DNA of 64,000 bases from Planctomycetota bacterium (lineage in GTDB: Bacteria; Planctomycetota; JAJSAM01; JAJVHW01), in NCBI GenBank assembly GCA_024277065.1, contig JAJRVY010000272.1, positions 6,767 to 70,766 on the forward strand, read 5' to 3'. Each line of letters opens with the position of its first letter. The stretch's first letter is position 1. Made by a program: the position numbers and the translations under genes. The notes beneath the pieces are model-generated. The model made no database searches, was not told where the DNA came from, and saw only the letters and a list, made by a program, of their open reading frames with translations. This document shows, piece by piece, positions 1-9,281 of the stretch.

Positions 1-499
1 GCACGCCGCCGCGTTGCACCGCAGCGCACACGAACAGGGCTTCGAGACGACGGCGCCGCTCGGCTACCGCAAGGACGGCCTCGACGGCGCGTTCCTCGAC
101 CGGCTGGACGCCGCGCGCGACGTCGCCGAGGACACCGGACGCTTCCTCGCCGCGCTGCCGCTGCCCGTCTGCACCGAAGGCGCCGGCCCGCTGACGGGCT
201 CGGCCGGCACCGAGGACGCCCTCGCGTGCGCGCTGACGGCGCTGGCGCTCGGCCACGCCGTGAAGCGCATCGCGGTGGACGCGCACGTCGTCGGTCACAA
301 GCTCGGCGCGGTGCTGCTCTCGTGCGGCGCGGACGACTTCGTCGGCGCGCAGGCCGCCGCGGCGTGGGCGCCGCCCACGTCCGACGGACCACGCCCCCTC
401 AACCCCGATCGCGTGCGGCGCTACGTCATCGAGGCGCGGCGCTCACCGGCGCTACGCGACGGGCTGCACCGCGCGTGCGAAGCGAGCAGCGGCGCATGA
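1..499 (+). CDS. Hypothetical protein, 5' end outside the window. It lies immediately upstream of moaD and overlaps it by ATGA.
   Basis: Open frame runs to the window edge. Balanced amino-acid composition. Stop overlaps the moaD start. Confidence 0.35.
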   Translation, partial: HAAALHRSAHEQGFETTAPLGYRKDGLDGAFLDRLDAARDVAEDTGRFLAALPLPVCTEGAGPLTGSAGTEDALACALTALALGHAVKRIAVDAHVVGHKLGAVLLSCGADDFVGAQAAAAWAPPTSDGPRPLNPDRVRRYVIEARRSPALRDGLHRACEASSGA

Positions 500-741
500 A
501 GGTGCGCGTACTCTTCTTCGCCGCCGCGCGCGAAATGGCCGGCGCGGGCGCCGCCGACGTCGAGGTCGCGGGCGGCGCCACGGTGGCGGCGCTCTTCGCC
601 CAGCTCGCGGCAGAGCACCCGCGTCTCGGCGACGTGCTGCACGCGTGCCGCGCAGCCGTGGACGAGGACTTCGCGCCGCCGGGGACCGTGCTGCGCGACG
701 GCCAGACCGTGGCGGTGCTGCCGCCGGTGTCGGGCGGCTGA
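496..741 (+). CDS. moaD: Molybdopterin synthase sulfur-carrier subunit MoaD.
   Basis: 81-aa ThiS/MoaD-like protein (MKVRVLFFAAARE...) ending in the diagnostic Gly-Gly (..PPVSGG*). Confidence 0.75.
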   Translation: MKVRVLFFAAAREMAGAGAADVEVAGGATVAALFAQLAAEHPRLGDVLHACRAAVDEDFAPPGTVLRDGQTVAVLPPVSGG

Positions 742-743
742 AG

Positions 744-1193
744 GTGGAGCGCTACGGCATCACGGACGGCCCGCTCGACCTCGGCGCTCTCGTCGCGCTC
801 GTCGCCGACCCCGCCGCCGGCGCCATCACCACGTTCCTCGGCACCTCGCGGCAGAGTTCCGCCGACGCCTCGAACGTCGAGCGCCCGGTCGAGACCCTCT
901 GGTACGAGGCCTACGGCCCGATGGCGGAGAGGCGCCTGCGGGCGATCGGCGAGGCCGCGCGAGCGCGCCACGACGCCTGCCGTGTCGCGTGCTGGCACCG
1001 TACGGGCGAAGTCGCGATCGGCGCCGCGTCGGTGGCCATCGCCGTCTCCGCCCCCCACCGCGCCGAGGCGTTCGCCTGCTGCCGCGACGTCATCGACGAG
1101 ATCAAGCGCTCCGTCCCCATCTGGAAGCGCGAGCGCTTCACCGACGGAGAGGAATGGGTCGAGGGGCACCGTACAGAGGACGGCGCCACGTGA
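744..1193 (+). CDS. moaE: Molybdopterin synthase catalytic subunit MoaE.
   Basis: GTG start 3 nt after the moaD stop. Carries the MoaE signature ...SVPIWKRERF.... Confidence 0.7.
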   Translation: MERYGITDGPLDLGALVALVADPAAGAITTFLGTSRQSSADASNVERPVETLWYEAYGPMAERRLRAIGEAARARHDACRVACWHRTGEVAIGAASVAIAVSAPHRAEAFACCRDVIDEIKRSVPIWKRERFTDGEEWVEGHRTEDGAT

Positions 1194-1266
1194 CGTGACA
1201 TCGTGGCCGCGCAGTTGCGGAGCTGCACGCAGTTCGGCGCACGCGTCCTCGCCGCAGGCTGACGGA

Positions 1267-2679
1267 TCAGCGGCGGCGACGGGATCCGGAGCGCGCGCCG
1301 GAACGGCCCGCTGCGCCGGACTTACCGCGATGCGACGGCCGGCGGGCACCGTGTCCCTGCGGCCCTCCTCGCGACGTCGCACCGTGCGCACCGTGCGCAC
1401 CGTGCGCACCGTGCGCAGCCGGCGACGGGGATGACGAAGACGACGTGCGACGCCGTCCGCCGCCCGCATTCCTCGGCCGACCACCGCTGCGTGGGCGACC
1501 GCCACCGCGCGGCGCGGTGTCGATCTCCTCGCTCTCGAAGCCCGGGTAGCGGCGCTGCTCGATGCTCGCGCCGAGCATGCGCTCGGTGGCGCGCACCCAC
1601 TCCGAGTCCTCGCGCGTCACGAACGTGACGGCCTTGCCGCTCGCGTCGGAGCGGCCCGTGCGGCCGATGCGATGCGTGTACGTCTCGGCGGTGCTCGGCG
1701 GGTCGAAGTTGATGACGTAGTCGATGCCCGCGACGTCCAGGCCGCGCGCGGCGATGTCCGTCGCGACGAGGATCTCGAACGTCCCGTCGCGGAACCCCTT
1801 CATCGCGCGATCACGCTGCGGCTGCGACATGTTGCCCTGCAGCGCGACGGCGTTGTGTCCCTCGCGCACGAGCTGCTGCGCCATGCGCTTGGCGCGATGC
1901 TTGGTGCGCGTGAACACGATGGCCGTGCGGCAGTCGTCCTCGGCGAGAACGCGGTCCAGGAGATCGCGCTTGCGCCCCTGTGACACGGGCCGCAGGAAGT
2001 GCTCGATGCGCTCGGCGGGCGCCGCGGGCGCCAGTTCGACGACGTGCGGCCTGTAGAGGATGCTGTGCGCCAGGTCGCGGACCTCGTTCGGCATCGTCGC
2101 CGAGAAGAGCAGGTTCTGACGATCGCGCGGCAGGGCCGCGAGGATGCGCTTGATACTCGGCAGGAACCCCATGTCGAACATGTGGTCCGCCTCGTCGAGC
2201 ACGAGCGTCTCGACCTCGGACAGATCGAGCTTGCGCTGCTGCAGGAGGTCGAGCACGCGCCCGGGGCAACCGACCACGATCTCGGGCCGGCCGCGCAGGG
2301 TCTGGATCTGCTTGTGCGCCGAGACGCCGCCGAAGATCGTCATCGACTTGATCCGGGTGTGCTTGGCGAGCATGCGGATCTCGGTGTCGATCTGGAGCGC
2401 GAGCTCGCGCGTCGGCGCCAGGATGAGGACGAGCGGGCCCTGGCCCGGCTCCTCGATCAGGCGCTGCAGGATGGGCAGCGCGAAGGCGGCGGTCTTGCCG
2501 GTTCCGGTCTGGGCGAGGCCCATGACGTCGCGGCCTTCGAGACAGGCGGGGATCGTGTCGTTCTGGATGGGACGCGGCTCCCTGAAGCCGGCATCGGCGA
2601 CGGCGCGCGTCAGCGCGCCGTCGAGACGGAAGCGGTCGAAGCCGCCCTCCGTCCGTGCGGGGGTTCGTGTACTGGACAG
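1267..2679 (-). CDS. DEAD-box ATP-dependent RNA helicase (RhlE-like) with an RGG/HGA-rich C-terminal tail.
   Basis: Q-motif (GFREPRPIQ), AQTGTGKT, DEAD, SAT and HRIGRTGR motifs are all present. The frame is open from the stop at 2710 with no ATG/GTG/TTG before the Q-motif. The only candidate start is CTG at 2677-2679, preceded by GGCGGAG 7 nt upstream. Confidence 0.85.
   Translation of the reverse strand: MSSTRTPARTEGGFDRFRLDGALTRAVADAGFREPRPIQNDTIPACLEGRDVMGLAQTGTGKTAAFALPILQRLIEEPGQGPLVLILAPTRELALQIDTEIRMLAKHTRIKSMTIFGGVSAHKQIQTLRGRPEIVVGCPGRVLDLLQQRKLDLSEVETLVLDEADHMFDMGFLPSIKRILAALPRDRQNLLFSATMPNEVRDLAHSILYRPHVVELAPAAPAERIEHFLRPVSQGRKRDLLDRVLAEDDCRTAIVFTRTKHRAKRMAQQLVREGHNAVALQGNMSQPQRDRAMKGFRDGTFEILVATDIAARGLDVAGIDYVINFDPPSTAETYTHRIGRTGRSDASGKAVTFVTREDSEWVRATERMLGASIEQRRYPGFESEEIDTAPRGGGRPRSGGRPRNAGGGRRRTSSSSSPSPAAHGAHGAHGAHGATSRGGPQGHGARRPSHRGKSGAAGRSGARSGSRRRR
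1378..1418. repeat. 9-bp tandem repeat (CGCACCGTG) x4.5 inside the helicase tail, encoding (HGA)n.
   Basis: Four perfect 9-mers at 1378-1413 plus a partial copy. The 9-mer is exactly 3 codons, so copy-number change stays in frame. Confidence 0.8.
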
Positions 2680-3109
2680 GTGTCTTCTCCGCCGTGCAGG
2701 CGCATGGGCTCAGGACGAGAACGCGTGGGCCCCACGTGGCACGGTCGTTGCATCCGGCCCGTACAACAGAGACGGGCAGGATAGGGGTGGTGGGCGGCGC
2801 GATCTCGATCGCCTGGCGAGAGATCCTGTTGTTCGCCGCATCGAGCCGCCGCGTCCGAGCGACGCGGCGGGGTTTCATTACTGGGATCGGTATGTAGACG
2901 CCGCGGACTGGAATGCCCAACTCTCCCGAGGGCGCCTCCGCGTTCTCTCGCCCCCCCCCCCGGCGCATCGGTAGGCGCCGAGGACGACGGCGCGTACTCT
3001 CCGCGGCGTATGTCCACGAAGAACACTCACGAGCGCGCGACGACGCACCGGGTCGCACACCGGGTCGCGCACGCACGCACGCCCCCTCGCGCACGACGCG
3101 GAGCGACGT

Positions 3110-4955
3110 CGTGAGCGCCGCCGTCGCCTTCGTCATCACGGACGTCCTGAAGCGCTACGCCGGCACGACCGTACTCGAGCATGCGAGCGTCTCCATCCAC
3201 GAGCGCAGCAAGGTCGGCATCATCGGACGCAACGGCGCCGGTAAGTCCACGCTCATCCGCCTGCTGCTCGGACAGGAGGAGCCGGACGACGGCACGATCA
3301 TCTCTGCCGACGGCCTGCGCATCGGCTACCTCGAGCAACACGATGCATTCTCGCTGGGCGAGACGGCGGGCGCCTTCCTCGAGCGGCACACCGGTCGCGA
3401 GGAATGGCGCTGCGGGCAGGTGGCCCACAAGCTGGGCCTGACTCCCGAGAACCTCGCGACGACGATGGGCGAACTGTCCGGCGGCTATCGCACGCGCGTG
3501 AAGCTCGCGGCGATGCTGCTCGCGGACCCCGACTTCCTCGTGCTCGACGAGCCGACGAACTTCCTCGACCTCTCGACCGTGCTGCTGCTGCAGGACTTCC
3601 TGGCAGGTTTCCGCGGCGGCGTGCTGGTCGTCTCCCACGACCGCGAGTTCCTGCGGGCATCGTGCGACCACACGCTGCTCGTCGAGCGCGGCGGTCTCAC
3701 GCTCTATCCCGGCGACATCGAGGAGTTCTTCGTCTGGAAGGCCGAGCAACTGGACCTGGCCCGGCGCACCAACGCCGCCGTGGACACCAGGCGCAAGCAC
3801 CTGCAGTCGTTCGTCGACCGCTTCGGCGCCAAGGCGTCCAAGGCGGCGCAGGCGAAGAGCAAGCGGCGCCAGATCGAACGCCTGCAGCCGGTGACCATCG
3901 CCAACCCGCTCGCCACCGCCCGCGTGCACATCCCGCGGGCGGGAGGGCGCCCGGGTCTCGCCATCGCCGCCGAGAACGTCGCGATCGGCTATCCCGGCCG
4001 CACCATCGCGACCGGCGTCGATCTGATGATCGACCGCGGCGACAAGATCGCCATCGTCGGGGACAACGGCCAGGGCAAGACGACGCTGCTGCGAACGCTC
4101 GCGTCCGACCTGGACGTAGTCTCCGGCAGTGTGCGCCGCGGGCACGACACCGGGATCAGCTACTACGCGCAGCACGTCTACCAGGCTCTGGACGCGAGCG
4201 ACACCATCTACGGGCACCTCGAACGCTGTGCGCCCCGCGACGTCTCGCGGCAGCAGGTCCTCGCCATGGCGGGCTCGCTGCTGTTCCGCGGCGACGATGT
4301 CCTGAAGCGCATCGCGGTCCTGTCCGGCGGAGAGCGCGCGCGCGTCTGCCTGGCGGGTCTGCTGCTGGCACGCAAGCCGGTGTTGATCCTCGACGAGCCC
4401 ACGAACCACCTGGACTTCGAGACCGTCGAGGCGCTCGGCGCAGCGCTCCGCGAGTTCGACGGAGCCGTGCTCTTCGTCAGCCACGATCGAACGTTCGTGA
4501 ACATGGCGGCGACGCACATCGTGGAGGTCGATCAGGGTCGCGTGCGACGCCTGTCCGGCACGTACGCGGACTACGTCGAGGAACTCCAGGTGCGCGCCCG
4601 CCGGACGTCCGCGCCGACGCGGCACGGCACAGGTCGTCGCGACGGTGCCGCCCTCCGGCAGCGACCGCGCGCGGCGAGCAACGCCGCAGAGACCGCCGCG
4701 CTGACGCCCAAGCAACTCCACGCCGAGACACGGCGCCGCAAGAACGCGCGTCAGAGCGCGGAGCGCAAGCTGCGCGAGATCGAACGGCGGATGGCGCAGT
4801 TCGAGGCGCAAAGGGCCGAGTTGCACGCGCGCATCGCCGCGAGCGCCGGCGACCGCGACCTCTACTCGCAACTCGCCGAGGTCGAAGACCGTCTCGCCGT
4901 CGTCGAGCCGGAGTGGATCGAGGTCTCGTCGCTTCTGGAGTCGCTGCCGACCTGA
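3110..4955 (+). CDS. ABC-F family ATPase with two nucleotide-binding domains and a C-terminal coiled coil (Uup/EttA-like translation factor class).
   Basis: Two Walker A motifs (GRNGAGKST, GDNGQGKTT) and two ABC signatures (LSGGYRTRV, LSGGERARV). No transmembrane domain. Likely GTG start at 3110; the ORF-track start at 2913 adds an R/P-rich leader. Confidence 0.85.
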
Positions 4956-4982
4956 CCGACCTGACCGACCTGACCGACGTGA
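4947..4982. repeat. Tandem 9-mer (CCGACCTGA) x4, each copy containing a TGA; the first copy supplies the ABC-F stop.
   Basis: Units read directly at 4947-4955, 4956-4964, 4965-4973 and 4974-4982 (last copy has C->G). They encode P-T-stop x4 in the ABC-F frame. Confidence 0.8.
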
Positions 4983-5008
4983 CGCGGCGCCCCGGGGGCC
5001 CGGTCGCG

Positions 5009-6226
5009 TCAGCGCAGCAGACGCGTCAGGGCCAGGATCAGGGACTCGCGCAGCGCCGCGCCGCGCGCGTTCGGCGCGACGACGGGCGGCGGTGGTTCGA
5101 CGCGCGTCGCGGCGACCCCGGCGGCCGTCAGCGCGAGCGCGAGCCGTTCATCGACGGCGACGTAGGCGATCCGCCAGGGCGCGTCTCCGCGCACGGCGCG
5201 CAATGCGTGCAGCGCATCGGCGTGCCACGCGGCGTGGAACCGGAACGGTCCGAGCGCGAGGCCGGCGATGGCGCGTGGGCTTGCGAGCGCCGCCGCAAAC
5301 GCACTCTGCGCGGCCGCAGGCGACAGCGACGCCATGAAGACGCGCGAGGCGTCCACGCGCTCGTCGGTGCGGAGGGCGGCCAACGCCTCTTCGATCTTCG
5401 CCACGGCGAAGCGCTCGTCGCCATCGACGAGGAGCCAGCGGCGGGATCGCGGCGTGGGGCGGACCGGCCCGGCGACGAACGCCAGCACGGCCGGGACCTC
5501 CGCGAGCGCCTCGCGCCAGTACGCCGCGCCACGCTCCACGTACTGGTCCTCGGCGAGCGCGACGATCACGCCCGGCAGCGATTCGGGCGCAATCTCGGCC
5601 GACGCGGCGGCGGCCGTGAGTTCGACCAGCGGCTCGCCGGCGCGCAGCAGCGGACGCAGCACGTCCTGGAAGTCGCTCCGGTCACGCAGGCTGTCCAGGT
5701 CCGGGTCCGCCAGGATGTGCGCGAACGAGAGGCCCGGGCTGAGCACGACGCGGCCGTCCGCGACAGGCGTCACCAGTGGCCTGATCCCGTACTCGACGCT
5801 CTCGGCGAAGGCGCGCACGGCGTCCTCGGCGCGGCCCAGGCGCGCCTGCGCGCACGCCACGTTGTAGAGACACTGGTCGCGCAGGCCACCCAGCAGCGCG
5901 TGCGGCTCGAGTGCGTCCGCGACCTCGCGAAAGGCCGGCACGGCGCCCTCCCAGTCATGCACGGCCAGGCGCTCGAACGCCCGCGCGAGCGTGGAACGCG
6001 TCGCCGCCACGGCGGCGGCGGCGGCCACCGGAGAGTCCGGCGCCGGTGCGTCGCCGGGCGCCGACGCCTCCGCGGCGTCCGCCCCGGGCTCCGGGACCGG
6101 CGGCTCTTCCTGTGCCGCCGCACGGGGCACACCGACGGTCAGCCCGCCGATGGCTGCGCAGAGCAGCGCGACGGCGGCAGCGCGTGAGACCACGGCTCGT
6201 GACGACGGACGGAGGAATGCGCGCAC
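5009..6226 (-). CDS. Secreted hypothetical protein with an N-terminal signal peptide and a TPR-like helical region.
   Basis: GTG start with GGGAGGG about 12 nt upstream. N-terminus VRAFLRPSSRAVVSRAAAVALLCAAIGG. Balanced composition, unlike the R/S-rich overlapping frames. The ORF-track extension up to 7249 is antisense to the DUF3179 gene. Confidence 0.55.
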   Translation of the reverse strand: MRAFLRPSSRAVVSRAAAVALLCAAIGGLTVGVPRAAAQEEPPVPEPGADAAEASAPGDAPAPDSPVAAAAAVAATRSTLARAFERLAVHDWEGAVPAFREVADALEPHALLGGLRDQCLYNVACAQARLGRAEDAVRAFAESVEYGIRPLVTPVADGRVVLSPGLSFAHILADPDLDSLRDRSDFQDVLRPLLRAGEPLVELTAAAASAEIAPESLPGVIVALAEDQYVERGAAYWREALAEVPAVLAFVAGPVRPTPRSRRWLLVDGDERFAVAKIEEALAALRTDERVDASRVFMASLSPAAAQSAFAAALASPRAIAGLALGPFRFHAAWHADALHALRAVRGDAPWRIAYVAVDERLALALTAAGVAATRVEPPPPVVAPNARGAALRESLILALTRLLR

Positions 6227-6232
6227 GCCGGG

Positions 6233-7312
6233 ATGGTACCCTCCCCCGCCGTGAGACTCCGACCTGTCGCCGTGCCGCTCCTCCTCCTCGCCGCCTGCGG
6301 TGCGTCGGGGCCGGCGCCGGTGCAGCGGCCGCCGCAGCCGGGGGACCTGCCGGACGAGACAGAGTTCCTGGCGCAGGTCGATCGCAGCCGGGGCACGCGC
6401 GACTGCTTCGCCGTCATCCGCGACCCGGTGTTCGTGCGCGCCACGGGCCGCCACGGCATCGCGGACGACGAGATCGTCATGGGTGTCGATCTCGGGACCA
6501 CGCAGGTGGCGTATCCGATCCAGCTCCTCAACTTCCACGAGATCGTGGAGCACACGACCCAGGGACTGGATCTGCTGGCGTGCTGGTGACCGCTCTGCCG
6601 GACGGGCGTCGTGCACGTCCGCGAGGTGAACGGCCGCTCGTTGCGTTTCGGGCACCGCGGCTGGCTCTGGAACAACGCGTTCCTGCTCTACGACAAGGAG
6701 ACGGACAGCATCTGGCACCACCTGACGGGCTGGGCGATGTCCGGTCCGCTGCGCGGTGCGTCCCTGCCGCGCTTCCCGACCGTACAGACGACGTTCGCCG
6801 CCTGGCGCGCGGAGTATCCCGCGACCCTCGTGCTCCCCAAGCCCGCGGGTGACGAGCGCCCGCTCGATCGCGACGTCTACGCGGGCCGCAACTCGGGACT
6901 CGCCTTCGGCCTCGGCGTGGACCTGCCGCAGGCGTTCAGGTTGTACCCGTTCGAGGCGCTCGCCGCGGCCGGCGGCGTCGTCACGGAGACCGTGGGCGAG
7001 ATGGCGCTGGTCGTCGCGCTGGACCCGGTCGCGCGCAGCGCGTTCGCCTACGAGAGCCGCACGGACGGCGACGATCTCGACCTGGTGCTCGTCGCGAACG
7101 CGGAACAGGGACCCGTGCTGCGTGAGCGCGACGGCAGACGCGCGTGGCGCCTGCGGAGCGGCAGGCCCGCGCCGGGATCGGGTGCCGGCACGCGTCTGCG
7201 GCCTCTCCTCGCAAGCCCCTGGGAGACCTTCGCCTGGCGCCGCCAACATCCTGCCGGGACCGTCTGGCCGGCGTCCGCGGAGGGCTCCGGTGTCCCCGCC
7301 GAGGGACGCTGA
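6233..7312 (+). CDS. DUF3179-family lipoprotein with an in-frame TGA (6587-6589) at the first Cys of the conserved CPLC motif. Candidate selenoprotein (W-U-P-L-C).
   Basis: Track ORFs 6233..6589 and 6611..7312 are in the same frame and separated by a single TGA. Both halves carry DUF3179 hallmarks (HEIVEHT...LLACW[TGA]PLCRTGVV...LRFGHRGWLWNNAFLLYDKETDSIWHHLTG). Lipobox LLLAAC near the N-terminus. Confidence 0.6.
6599..6621 (+). promoter_or_regulatory. Candidate SECIS-like stem-loop 9 nt downstream of the in-frame UGA.
   Basis: CGGACG / CGUCCG 6-bp stem with an 11-nt loop (GGCGUCGUGCA) that could add 2 further bp. Confidence 0.3.
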
Positions 7313-7443
7313 GAACTGCGCCGCGGGGATGGCGCAAGCCCGCCGCCGATCGGCCGGGCACTTGCTGGAGGGAACGCGGAGCGTTCGAGAGACGTCATGG
7401 ATGATGGTAGGCTGAGAGAGAGTCCCCCAAGGAGGATGTCCCC

Positions 7444-8163
7444 ATGTTCAAGCGACTGGCGGTCCTGACACTCACGGCGCTCGTCTCCGCGACGTTCATC
7501 GCGCCGACCGTGTTCGCCGGCAACGACGCCGAGAAGAACAAGCTGAACCGCGAGAAGGTGCGCGCCAAGTACACAGAGGACAGGGGCGGGTTCGCGTACT
7601 ACGACCTCGTCTACTGGGTGGACGTCGCCAAGCTCGAGGACAGCCGCTGGTCCGTCCAGGCGCTGCGCGAACCGAAGCACGACCGCGGCCTGCAGCTCTA
7701 CGCGAACTGGGTCAACACGGCCAACGCGGAGGGCATGAACATCAAGGTCTTCGGCTACAAGTTCCTCCACGAAGAGCGCGAAGGCAGCATCCGGCGCCCG
7801 TTCTCGTACCCCTTCAACAACCTCGGCGAGTCGGTGCGCTGCTCCGACATGAAGGGCATGCTCGAGGGCTTCTACGAGGACTGGAAGCGCGGCGCGTCCG
7901 ACGTGATCGAGGACCAGTGCGAGAAGCCGAAGAAATCGAAGTTCAAGATCCCCAAGATGCAGGCCGCCGCCGTGGGCACGGACCCCGAGCTGAAACAGCG
8001 CGTGCGCCGTGAGTGGTATGCTTGGAGCAACGGCAAGCAGATGTCCACGTACATCATCGAGATCCGCTACGGCCCAGCGCTCTACAACCGGGAAGGGCTC
8101 GTCGCCAAGGGCGCCGAGTTCGTCAAGAACCTCAAGGAGATCAAGGACAAGGTCAAGTGGTAG
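7444..8163 (+). CDS. Secreted Lys-rich hypothetical protein (239 aa) with a signal peptide.
   Basis: AGGAGG 6 nt before the ATG. Signal peptide MFKRLAVLTLTALVSATFIAPTVFA. Lower local GC but high GC3. Two tandem hairpins follow the stop. Confidence 0.7.
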   Translation: MFKRLAVLTLTALVSATFIAPTVFAGNDAEKNKLNREKVRAKYTEDRGGFAYYDLVYWVDVAKLEDSRWSVQALREPKHDRGLQLYANWVNTANAEGMNIKVFGYKFLHEEREGSIRRPFSYPFNNLGESVRCSDMKGMLEGFYEDWKRGASDVIEDQCEKPKKSKFKIPKMQAAAVGTDPELKQRVRREWYAWSNGKQMSTYIIEIRYGPALYNREGLVAKGAEFVKNLKEIKDKVKW

Positions 8164-8167
8164 GCCG

Positions 8168-8218
8168 CCGGGCGTAGGCGCCCGGTCGAAGACGGCCGGC
8201 TCCCGGACCGCCCGGGAG
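8168..8218 (+). terminator. Two consecutive GC-rich hairpins after the 7444-8163 gene.
   Basis: CCGGGCG-tagg-CGCCCGG at 8168-8185 and CTCCCGG-accgc-CCGGGAG at 8200-8218. No U-tract, as is common at this GC content. Confidence 0.4.
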
Positions 8219-8276
8219 TGGTCCGAGACGGCACTGCACCGCGAACCCTTGCGCACGCGCCGCGGTTGACGCTCCG

Positions 8277-9281
8277 ATGCAGACCGCCAAGAGCGCCGAC
8301 ACCACGCAGGCCGATCGTGTGCGCGGGCCCGATGGTGGCTATCCTCCGCGTCCCGTGGAGACCGTGTCCGTCCTGCAACTCGACAAGTCGTTCGGCGACG
8401 TCCGCGCGCTGCGTGAACTGACCGTCGATTTCCCGGCCGGCGCCGTGGGTCTCCTGGGCCCCAACGGCGCGGGCAAGTCGACGCTCCTCAAGATCCTGCT
8501 GGGGCTCTTGCCGGCGGACGGCGGCTCAGCCTCGGTGCTCGGACGCGACGTGCGGCGCGACCCCCTCGAAGTGCGGCGCGTGGCGGGCTACATGCCCGAG
8601 ATCGATGCCTACGTCCCGGGGCTGACGGGCGCCGAGTCCGTCGTCTTCTGCGGCGTGCTCTGCGGACTGCCGCGGCGCATCGCGCAGCAGCGCGCGCATG
8701 AGATCCTCTACTACGTCGGGCTGGCCGAGTCCCGCTACAGGCGCGTCGAGCAGTACTCGACGGGCATGCGGCAACGACTGCGCCTGGCGCAGGCGCTCGT
8801 CCACGACCCGGGCCTCATCTTCCTCGACGAGCCGACCAACGGACTCGATCCCGACGGCCGCGACGAGGTGCTCGCGCTGATCGAGGATCTGGCCACGAAC
8901 CACGGCAAGAGCATCGTGCTCTGTTCGCACCTGCTGCACGACGTCGAGGCGGTCTGCGAGCACGTCATCGTGCTGCGCGAGGGCGCCATCGCCCTCGAGG
9001 GCTCGGTGGACGAGGTCCGCAAGCTCGAGCGCGGCACCTTCCACGTGCGCATCTCGGGAGACCTCGAGGCATTCCTCGGGGCAGCGCAGCGCGGTGGACT
9101 GAGCGCGGAACGTCACGACGCCGAGATGCTGCGCGTGCGCGTTCCCGACGGCGCCGGCGCGCACGAGATCTTCGGCGCCGCGCGCGCCGCGAACTGCGCC
9201 GTGCGCTCACTCTCGACGGTCGAGCAGTCGCTCGAGGGCGTGTTCATCCGCGCGGTGTGCGACGTGAAGGGCGGCGACTGA
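8277..9281 (+). CDS. ABC transporter ATP-binding protein (ABC-2/NatA-like) with a C-terminal extension.
   Basis: Walker A GPNGAGKST, signature YSTGMRQRL and Walker B LIFLDEP. Confidence 0.85.
   Translation: MQTAKSADTTQADRVRGPDGGYPPRPVETVSVLQLDKSFGDVRALRELTVDFPAGAVGLLGPNGAGKSTLLKILLGLLPADGGSASVLGRDVRRDPLEVRRVAGYMPEIDAYVPGLTGAESVVFCGVLCGLPRRIAQQRAHEILYYVGLAESRYRRVEQYSTGMRQRLRLAQALVHDPGLIFLDEPTNGLDPDGRDEVLALIEDLATNHGKSIVLCSHLLHDVEAVCEHVIVLREGAIALEGSVDEVRKLERGTFHVRISGDLEAFLGAAQRGGLSAERHDAEMLRVRVPDGAGAHEIFGAARAANCAVRSLSTVEQSLEGVFIRAVCDVKGGD

Noticed and set aside
3404-6187. 927-aa plus-strand ORF (R/P/G-rich).
   Set aside because: Alternate frame of the ABC-F gene and antisense of the TPR gene. 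Extreme Arg/Pro bias typical of spurious high-GC frames.
6587-6589. The two in-frame TGAs as plain sequencing errors or pseudogenes.
   Set aside because: Not rejected outright. Two independent stops each landing exactly on the first Cys of a CxxC motif, each with a downstream hairpin, is far more specific than random nonsense. The contrast with the TAA case shows that the assembly does not systematically do this.
5009-7249. 746-aa minus-strand ORF extending from the TPR gene across the DUF3179 locus.
   Set aside because: Upstream of 6226 it is antisense to a gene with clear family homology, and its composition turns R/A/P-rich. The real gene starts at GTG 6226, which has an SD.
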